Shown here: in pieces, positions 57,272 through 64,000 of the stretch | Layout: each line of letters begins with the position of its first letter | Numbering within the stretch: position 1 is the first letter of the stretch | Assembly: GCA_041661765.1 (NCBI GenBank) | Contig: JBAZTV010000001.1 | Location: 300,791-364,790 of the forward strand | Source: Candidatus Shapirobacteria bacterium | GTDB taxonomy: Bacteria > Patescibacteriota > Microgenomatia > UBA12405 | Direction: 5' to 3' | DNA: 64,000 nucleotides | Notes under the pieces: model-generated | What the model was told of the DNA's origin: nothing | Seen by the model: only the letters and a program-made list of their open reading frames with translations | The model's database searches: none | Translations under genes and position numbers: made by a program

Positions 57272-58207
57272 ATGAAACGGGTTTTAACTGCCATTGCCCT
57301 TTCTGTTGTTCTGATAATTGCCGGAGTTTTTTCTTATATAAAAATTAATACCAATGCCGTTTCAGTCGATACTACTAACGTTATGTTTGCAATTAATAGC
57401 GGTGATGGTTTAGTTAATATTTCTCAAAAATTAAAATCCAAATCTTTAATTCGCGATCAAAATACTTTTTTGTTTTATGCTTATTATTTGGGATTAAATA
57501 AAAAAATCCAAGCCGGAACTTTCAGACTGTCTCCCTCTCTTTCCACTCCAGAAATTGTTGGCAAACTTTCCAAAGGCGGAGTTACTGATTATTGGTTAAA
57601 AATAATTGAGGGCACTCGTGTTGAAGAAAATATTTCCTCTTTTCCAAAAGGTACTTCATTTCTAGGTAAAGAAGGTTATCTTTTTCCAGATAGTTATTTA
57701 ATTCCTCAAAATTATACTGCCGACCAAATTTTTGAAATTATTCAATTAAATTTTGATAAAAAATTTGCCCAAGCCAAAGAGAATACCACTAATACCAAGC
57801 TGACCGACAAACAAATCTTGGTTTTAGCTTCCATTATCGAACATGAAGCCCGAACTTTAAAAGTAAAACAAGGAGTGTCGGGTGTTTTACTAAATAGAAT
57901 TAATTTAGGCATTCCTCTTCAATCCGATGTCACAGTTCAATATGCTCGCGATTCTAAAAATAAACCAGCTAAATATTGGCTAGACTTAGACGCCTCAGAC
58001 ATTTCCATTGTTTCTCCTTATAATACTTACAAAAATAATGGTCTTCCTCCAGCTCCAATTTGCAACCCAGGTTACGATTCCATTTACGCCGCTTTTCATC
58101 CAACTGAATCCAGCTATCTCTTTTACCTCACCGGCAACGATAATCAAATGCATTATGCCATCACCCTTGATGAGCACGACACCAACATTGAAAAATATTT
58201 GAAATAA
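57272..58207 (+). CDS. mltG: Endolytic transglycosylase MltG
   Basis: 'EGYLFPDSY', 'LASIIEHEA', 'LQSDVT', 'SPYNTY..NGLPPAPICNPG'. Confidence 0.93.
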   Translation: MKRVLTAIALSVVLIIAGVFSYIKINTNAVSVDTTNVMFAINSGDGLVNISQKLKSKSLIRDQNTFLFYAYYLGLNKKIQAGTFRLSPSLSTPEIVGKLSKGGVTDYWLKIIEGTRVEENISSFPKGTSFLGKEGYLFPDSYLIPQNYTADQIFEIIQLNFDKKFAQAKENTTNTKLTDKQILVLASIIEHEARTLKVKQGVSGVLLNRINLGIPLQSDVTVQYARDSKNKPAKYWLDLDASDISIVSPYNTYKNNGLPPAPICNPGYDSIYAAFHPTESSYLFYLTGNDNQMHYAITLDEHDTNIEKYLK

Positions 58208-58258
58208 CCTATTTTAATTTAGTAACAATAAATAAAATAGATTTAGAATTTTAAGCAA

Positions 58259-60268
58259 TTAGATTAATTTAACATTTGGATAATTAATTCTAACTATTTT
58301 TCTCTCTTCTTCATTCATATTTACAAGATTAATAAAACCACTGATATTTTTTGGTAATGCCAATCCTTTTGCAGATTTGAGATTAAAAAGAATAAGATTA
58401 CCATTAATACTTTTCGGTAAAACCAATCCTTCAGCCGATTTAAGACCAGAAAGATCTAGACCACCATTAATAGTTTCTGATAAAACCAATCCTTTAATAG
58501 ATTTAAGACCGGAGAGCTTAAGATTACCATTAATACTTTTCGGTAAAACCAATCCTTCAGCCGATTTAAGACCAGAAAGATCTAGACCACCATTAATAGT
58601 TTCTGATAAAACCAATCCTTTAATAGATTTAAGACCGGAGAGCTTAAGATTACCATTAATACTTTTCGGTAAAACCAATCCTTCAGCCGATTTAAGACCA
58701 GAAAGATCTAGACTACCATTAATACTTTTTGGTAATATCAATCCTTTTGCGGATTCGAGATTAAAAAGATCTAGATCACCATTAATAGTTTCTGGTAAAA
58801 CCAATCCTTTAATAGATTCAAGACCAGAGAGAGTAATGCCACCATTAATACTTTTTGGTAATATCAACCCTTCAGCCGATTTAAGACCAGATAAAACAAA
58901 ATCACCATTAATATTTTCTGGTAAAACTAATCCTTTTATAGATGAAAGATTATAAAGTTTGAGATTACCATAATGAAATTTAATACCCCCTTTTAGAGCC
59001 TCTTCTTTTGTGACACTAATCTGATCTTTAAAGTAACCAGTAATAAAAGAAATATCGGATTTAATATCTCTTTTGTCTATAATTTCTTTAATTCTAGGAT
59101 CCTTTTTATATCCAAAACCTTCAATTCCACTATTTATTTCATAAATAAACAGTAATTCTTCTTTAGAAAGTTCTTCTTGATCATCTTTAACTTTTTTATC
59201 AATTAAAGTCAGAAATTTCATATCAGAATCTTTTTTATCAAACTTTTCCCCACCAGGAAGTTGACGATATTTTTCTTTAGCAATATCAGTCATATTACCT
59301 TCAAGATTTTGATCAGCATTAATACCCCTAACTTCAGCAACTTGACCATTTTCCATCCGAATAGCAATCCTAGGAATAGTGTTCTTATTATCTTGGTCTT
59401 TTGAATAATAAACATAAAAGTCACCTTTTATTAATTGTATTCTGGACGTTTCTTCCCCAGCTGTACACCAACCAGTTCCATGTCCTTGTAGTGATTCATA
59501 AAGTGGAATATGGTCATCACCTTGATTAAATTTAGTCCATTCACCTTCTATTTTTTCCTTGTTTTCTTTAGAGGCTGGTGTCACTTTATCAATAGCATAA
59601 GCATAAATTTTAGAAAAATTAGCTGAATCTAGAATCCTATTTAATTCTTCGTTATCATGTTTTTCGTGTTTAAGATAATGTTTTTCCAATACATCATAAG
59701 TAAAAGATAAGGCTTCTCTATTTAAGTCTGGAAAAATATTTGTAGTTTTTTTACTCCTTTTACCAAATTCTTTTTTATCTTTATCATAAGCTCCCATTTT
59801 GACTACATTCCTCATAGTATAGTATTTAAACCAAGAGGGATAAATAGAATCATTATCAGTTAAATAGTCTATCCAAGTATCTAATGATTGTTTTTGATCA
59901 TTATAAATGGTTTCACCAGCTTCTTTTTTATCAATATGCCCTAAATCACCTGCTTGACCTCTTTCTCTGGCTACCTTAAGTTGTAATTCAAAATAAGAAT
60001 CTGGAATATTATTTTTATCTATTAGAGCATCTGGATAAATAAACATCCTTTTAAATAAGTTTAATTTTCTTTCTTTAATATCTTCATTTGAATCATTAAA
60101 AAAAACATCCAATCTATCTAGGTAAACTTCATTTCTATCTGCGGGATTATTAGGAGTTTTAATACCTTCTTTTCTTTGTTTACTTTCTACCAACCTTTTA
60201 ACTTGAGCTGATTTTTGTAATTCAGGATATTTAAAATTTAAAAATTCTCCTCCACCTCTTTCACTCAT
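58259..60268 (-). CDS. Hypothetical protein with C-terminal array of about ten 21-aa LRR-like repeats
   Basis: Repeat consensus GxLxLSGLKSxxGLVLPxxIN; N-terminal region with 'GTGWCTA' motif. Confidence 0.75.
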   Translation of the reverse strand: MSERGGGEFLNFKYPELQKSAQVKRLVESKQRKEGIKTPNNPADRNEVYLDRLDVFFNDSNEDIKERKLNLFKRMFIYPDALIDKNNIPDSYFELQLKVARERGQAGDLGHIDKKEAGETIYNDQKQSLDTWIDYLTDNDSIYPSWFKYYTMRNVVKMGAYDKDKKEFGKRSKKTTNIFPDLNREALSFTYDVLEKHYLKHEKHDNEELNRILDSANFSKIYAYAIDKVTPASKENKEKIEGEWTKFNQGDDHIPLYESLQGHGTGWCTAGEETSRIQLIKGDFYVYYSKDQDNKNTIPRIAIRMENGQVAEVRGINADQNLEGNMTDIAKEKYRQLPGGEKFDKKDSDMKFLTLIDKKVKDDQEELSKEELLFIYEINSGIEGFGYKKDPRIKEIIDKRDIKSDISFITGYFKDQISVTKEEALKGGIKFHYGNLKLYNLSSIKGLVLPENINGDFVLSGLKSAEGLILPKSINGGITLSGLESIKGLVLPETINGDLDLFNLESAKGLILPKSINGSLDLSGLKSAEGLVLPKSINGNLKLSGLKSIKGLVLSETINGGLDLSGLKSAEGLVLPKSINGNLKLSGLKSIKGLVLSETINGGLDLSGLKSAEGLVLPKSINGNLILFNLKSAKGLALPKNISGFINLVNMNEEERKIVRINYPNVKLI
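58393..58713. repeat. Exact 126-bp coding tandem repeat (about 2.5 copies)
   Basis: TAAGATTACCATT recurs at 58393, 58519 and 58645 with identical intervening sequence. Confidence 0.9.
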
Positions 60269-60341
60269 AAATTAATAATACATTACATCTATATTAAATA
60301 GATATACTACTACAATATGTAAAAAATTTATCTATTTAGCT

Positions 60342-61472
60342 TTAGGTATTGTTAATTTTTTTATTCACCAAATCATTTAAAATAACCCATCGCCTTTTCT
60401 TTTCCTTCATAGGAATTTCGTCTTTATAAATTTTTGCCGACACAGTCCCTTTTCTTGGAGAATATTTATTTATATAAGCAATTTCAAAACCAACCTTTTT
60501 ACAAAGATCAACCGTATTTTGAAAAGCTTTTTCATCTTCTCCCGGAAAACCAATAATTATATCAGTACTAAATCTGACATCTGAAATCTGAGATCTGATT
60601 TTCTTGACCAAGTCTAAATATTCTTTACTAGTGTAACCGCGATTCATATTTTTCAATACTTCATCATCACCAGCCTGAAACGGCAAATGGAGTAATCGGT
60701 CAATGTTTGGATATTTAGCAATGGTCTCAATTAATTCATCAGAAAAATCCCATGGATTACTGCTCACAAAAGAAATTTTTTTCAAATCTCTCTTGACCAC
60801 TTCTTCTAAAAGTTTTGGAAATAAACTCTTAAATCTTTTTTTACCCATCGATACCAATGTCGCTTCCGTAAAATCGTTTCCATACGAATTAACATTCTGT
60901 CCAATTAACATCACCTGCTTAAAACCATCTTTAACGGCTTTATCGATATCTTTTAAAATATCTTCCATTTTTCTCGATATTTCCGGACCTTTAGCAAAGG
61001 GGACAATGCAATAACTACAGAAATTACTACAACCAAAACTAATTGGAATCAAAGCCACCTCACTTTTTCCTCTCAATGGTTCAATTTCAAAACTAATTTT
61101 TTCAATTGGTAAAAATTCCGAAACTGTGGGAAAATCTCTTTTCAATTGACTTAATTTTTTACCCGTCTTATCTTTATGTGCCAATCCCGCCAAACACCCC
61201 GTCACAATAATTTTAATCTTTTTAAGTCCTCCTTTTTCAAGGGAGGATGCCCGAAGGGTAGGTGGGTTTCGATTTAATTTATCAATCTCATTTATCAAAC
61301 CATAAACTCTATTTTCCGCTGACTCTCGAATAATACAGGTATTAATAATCACCAAATCAGCCTTTTTCCAATTATCAGTTTCAATAAAACCTTTATTCCA
61401 ATAAAAAGCCTTAATTCTTTCCGAATCAGCCGTATTTTGAATACACCCAAAAGTTTTAATGAAAAATTTCAT
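60342..61472 (-). CDS. miaB: MiaB-family tRNA methylthiotransferase (no TRAM domain) with element insertion
   Basis: 'TFGCIQN', 'NTCIIRESAE', radical SAM 'GCSNFCSYCIVP', 'GQNVNSYG'; ATG 61472. Confidence 0.88.
   Translation of the reverse strand: MKFFIKTFGCIQNTADSERIKAFYWNKGFIETDNWKKADLVIINTCIIRESAENRVYGLINEIDKLNRNPPTLRASSLEKGGLKKIKIIVTGCLAGLAHKDKTGKKLSQLKRDFPTVSEFLPIEKISFEIEPLRGKSEVALIPISFGCSNFCSYCIVPFAKGPEISRKMEDILKDIDKAVKDGFKQVMLIGQNVNSYGNDFTEATLVSMGKKRFKSLFPKLLEEVVKRDLKKISFVSSNPWDFSDELIETIAKYPNIDRLLHLPFQAGDDEVLKNMNRGYTSKEYLDLVKKIRSQISDVRFSTDIIIGFPGEDEKAFQNTVDLCKKVGFEIAYINKYSPRKGTVSAKIYKDEIPMKEKKRRWVILNDLVNKKINNT
61226..61270. repeat. Hairpin repeat family 2 copy, in frame (antisense) in miaB
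   Basis: TCCTCCTTT-TTC-AAGGGAGGA-TGCCC-GAA-GGGTA-GGTGGGTTT; encodes NPPTLRASSLEKGG. Confidence 0.8.
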
Positions 61473-61506
61473 TGCCAATTCTATCAAAAAGTGAGAAAAT
61501 TTATTT

Positions 61507-62595
61507 ATGGATAACCAAACTAACGATCAAAAGTCTATCAAACAAACCTCAACACCTCCGAATTCTATTAATCCCGAGACCTCAACTTTAATCACCACCG
61601 AAAATCCAATATCAACCATTACTGAAATTCCAGTTCCTGAAACTGAATTACCCCCACTTCAACCCCAATCAGAAATCGAAGAAGCCATACCTTCAGATGA
61701 ATATAAAAATGAATATCAAGATGTTTTAGATCAATACGCCGCCACTCAAGAAACACCACCACCTATTATTCCGCCACCCACACTTACTGATTTAGGTATC
61801 ACCTCAACCCCTCCCCAAAATAATATTTTTAAAATCGTCTTTATTATTTCATTAATTGTTTTTGTTTTAACAGCTACTGTTTTAGCTTTTACTTACTTCA
61901 AAAGTCAAAATAATCAAGAAAGTTCCACTCCCAGCACTATTATTGAAGTTGCTCCCACCCAAACCGTCTCTGACACCTGTTTTTTAAATGATAAAACTTA
62001 TCAAGCAGGGGAATCATTCACCGCTACCGATGGTTGTAACACTTGTACCTGTGTATCTCAAAACAATATAAACTGCACTGACAAAGAATGTTCATCGTCA
62101 AAATCCGCCACTGAATCAGCTGCAAATTCAACCAAAACCGCCACATCTTCAAGTATTCCTAAAGATTGGAAAACTTATACTGATAGTCAGTACAACTTTT
62201 CAATTAATTATCCTTCAACTTGGACCAAAGAAACAAAATTAACAAACGATGAAGTATTTGCAATTTCCAGCCCCGAAAAAATAAAATCTCTTCAAGATCC
62301 AAATAATCATGAGGGTTATTCTGGCGATGATATAAATATTCAAGTCTATAAAGATTACAAAAATTCCTTAACTAAAAATCAATCACTCGAAGAATATTTA
62401 AAAAACAATGAATTATTTTCTAATGTTAAAAAAACAAAAATAGGAAATATAGATAGCTATGTTGTAGACGAGGGTGGTATGGCTATTACCCCTGCTTATT
62501 TCATTATTAACTCTAATAATGTCTTCAAGATAACTTCATTTTTAATATTCTCTCAGACAGAATTAAAAATTCTAGATTCTTTTAAACTCAATTAA
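61507..62595 (+). CDS. Membrane protein with pacifastin/VWC-like Cys domain and PsbP-like C-terminus
   Basis: TM; 'CFLNDKTYQAGESF..TDGCNTCTC...INCTDKEC'; 'WKTY....YNFSINYPSTW'. Confidence 0.65.
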   Translation: MDNQTNDQKSIKQTSTPPNSINPETSTLITTENPISTITEIPVPETELPPLQPQSEIEEAIPSDEYKNEYQDVLDQYAATQETPPPIIPPPTLTDLGITSTPPQNNIFKIVFIISLIVFVLTATVLAFTYFKSQNNQESSTPSTIIEVAPTQTVSDTCFLNDKTYQAGESFTATDGCNTCTCVSQNNINCTDKECSSSKSATESAANSTKTATSSSIPKDWKTYTDSQYNFSINYPSTWTKETKLTNDEVFAISSPEKIKSLQDPNNHEGYSGDDINIQVYKDYKNSLTKNQSLEEYLKNNELFSNVKKTKIGNIDSYVVDEGGMAITPAYFIINSNNVFKITSFLIFSQTELKILDSFKLN

Positions 62596-62637
62596 AAAAT
62601 TTTTTTCAACGCAAATCATACTTGTTATTTTACAAAA

Positions 62638-62877
62638 ATGGAACAATCAACCAATTTCGAAACTCAAAATCCAATCCCTGACATCGAAATCCCAGTTTTA
62701 CCTTCCACTCCCACTCCAAATAAAAATATTTTTAAAATATTATTATTCATTTTTCTTGGATTATTTTTAATAATTTCATCAGTTTATCTCTATCTTTGGA
62801 TAAAAAGTGATCAACAATCCCAAAATTCTCAAACGGAAAGTCAAAATCAAATCACATTTTCTGCTAAAACTAATTAA
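62638..62877 (+). CDS. Short membrane protein, possibly a truncated paralog of the upstream gene
   Basis: Pro-rich N-terminus plus 'NIFKI' TM like the upstream gene, then an early stop. Confidence 0.45.
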   Translation: MEQSTNFETQNPIPDIEIPVLPSTPTPNKNIFKILLFIFLGLFLIISSVYLYLWIKSDQQSQNSQTESQNQITFSAKTN

Positions 62878-62901
62878 ATTTCTTAACCCAAATTCTGCCT
62901 G

Positions 62902-62930
62902 TTGCCAACTCTTGACAAAGTGGATATAAT
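62902..62930 (+). promoter_or_regulatory. Sigma70 promoter of rpoB
   Basis: TTGCCA (62902)-17 nt-TATAAT (62925). Confidence 0.65.
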
Positions 62931-62992
62931 ACCCCTATTCGGCCGAGCGGTTGGAACATAACTCGTCCTTTTCTTAATAATTAAATTTGTTG

Positions 62993-64000
62993 ATGCCTTC
63001 CGTTAAAAGAACTCAATGGGGTAAAAAATACCCAAACCTTCCAAAGTTAGATTTAATTCAAATTCAAAAAGAATCCTGGAAAGAATTCTTAGAAAAGGAA
63101 TTTATAGAAACTGTTAAATCAATTTCACCAATCAGCGACTATACCAGTAATAACTGGGAACTAGAGCTCGGTGAGTTGACTTACGACACCATCACTGTTT
63201 CCCCTGATCTTGCCAAAAGAAAAGGATTAAATTACACAGTTCCTGTTCGTGTCAAAGCCAAATTAAGTAACAAAAGAACCGGTAATGTTCGCGAAGAAGA
63301 TGTTTTCTTTTTAAACCTCCCCACCATGACTGATGAAGGTACCTTTATCGTTAATGGTATTGAGAGAGGTGTTATTAATCAATTAGTCCGATCCCCAGGT
63401 GTTTATTTTACTGGTGAAACCGATGCTGCCACTGGTAAAACTCTTTACAGTGCTGAAATTAGACCATCTCGTGGCTCTTGGCTCGAATTTTTTGTTGGTA
63501 AAAAAGATGTAGTTTTTGCCAGGATCGATCGAAAAAAGAAATTTCCAGCTACTATTTTCTTGCGAGCCGCTTGTCAAATGGGTGACAAACAATTAATTGC
63601 CGAATTTGGTGATTATATTTCCAGCACCATCAAGGCCGATATTTCCAAAACTCCTGACGAAGCCATTTTAGAATTTTATCGAAAACTCCGACCAGGCGAA
63701 CCAGTTGTTCTTGAAAATGCTCAAAAATTTTTCCATGAAAGATTTTTTGATCTTAGAACTTATGAATTAGGTAATGTTGGTCGTTATAAAATAAATAAAA
63801 AATTTGGTTTTAAATTCAATGACAACGACAAAGAAAATTGGGTTTTAAGAAAAGAAGACTTAGTTGCCACCGTCAAATATTTAGTCCAACTTCAAAAAGG
63901 TGAAGTTATTCGTCTTGACGACATCGACAGTCTTGCCAATCGTCGTCTCCGACGTTGTGGTGAAATAGTTTCTCAGATTGCTATTCGTCCAGCTTTAGCT
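62993..64000 (+). CDS. rpoB: RNA polymerase beta subunit, N-terminal part (runs off the window; not in ORF track)
   Basis: Manual translation: MPSVKRTQWG...LIQIQKESW...ISPISDY...GTFIVNGIER..INQLVRSPGVYF...RGSWLEF...DDIDSLANRRLR. Confidence 0.95.
   Translation, partial: MPSVKRTQWGKKYPNLPKLDLIQIQKESWKEFLEKEFIETVKSISPISDYTSNNWELELGELTYDTITVSPDLAKRKGLNYTVPVRVKAKLSNKRTGNVREEDVFFLNLPTMTDEGTFIVNGIERGVINQLVRSPGVYFTGETDAATGKTLYSAEIRPSRGSWLEFFVGKKDVVFARIDRKKKFPATIFLRAACQMGDKQLIAEFGDYISSTIKADISKTPDEAILEFYRKLRPGEPVVLENAQKFFHERFFDLRTYELGNVGRYKINKKFGFKFNDNDKENWVLRKEDLVATVKYLVQLQKGEVIRLDDIDSLANRRLRRCGEIVSQIAIRPALA

Noticed and set aside
58377-58955. 192-aa plus-strand ORF
   Set aside because: Antisense shadow of the 63-bp repeat array in the minus-strand gene
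2462-63592. Numerous short ORFs nested in or antisense to housekeeping genes
   Set aside because: They overlap well-supported genes and show no motifs or initiation signals

Overview
AT-rich bacterial chromosome segment using genetic code 11. Gene content and streamlining (short infB and alaS, AAA-only Lon, PilN/PilO, sortase, DUF2298, baseplate-J-like protein) point to a CPR/Patescibacteria genome, most likely Microgenomates (inference). The backbone is housekeeping: murJ, pcrA, femX-like, gatCAB, dut, rmuC, hrcA-grpE-dnaK-dnaJ, nusA-infB, rpsO-pnp, rnj, proS, ftsK, alaS, ruvX, mltG, miaB and the start of rpoB. Four patterns stand out. (1) Three unrelated accessory loci (CWB2-peptidase/VanW, an orphan ORF, pyrF-pyrE) share one architecture: a boxA-like motif, a 5' arm, a Shine-Dalgarno site, the ORF(s), a 3' arm complementary to the 5' arm placed at the last stop codon, and a long terminator hairpin. 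The arm sequences differ between loci, but the pairing is kept. (2) Eight GTAG-type REP palindromes with variable cores accompany a RAYT transposase pseudogene; one is in frame inside pcrA and one is inside the RAYT. (3) A second hairpin-repeat family brackets a DUF559 nuclease gene as inverted repeats, and related copies are in-frame peptide insertions in a glycosyltransferase, alaS and miaB. (4) About 20 genes have a -10 hexamer 5-7 nt before the start codon, suggesting leaderless mRNAs. A WYL + Shedu defence pair is also present. No rRNA, tRNA or CRISPR array was seen.
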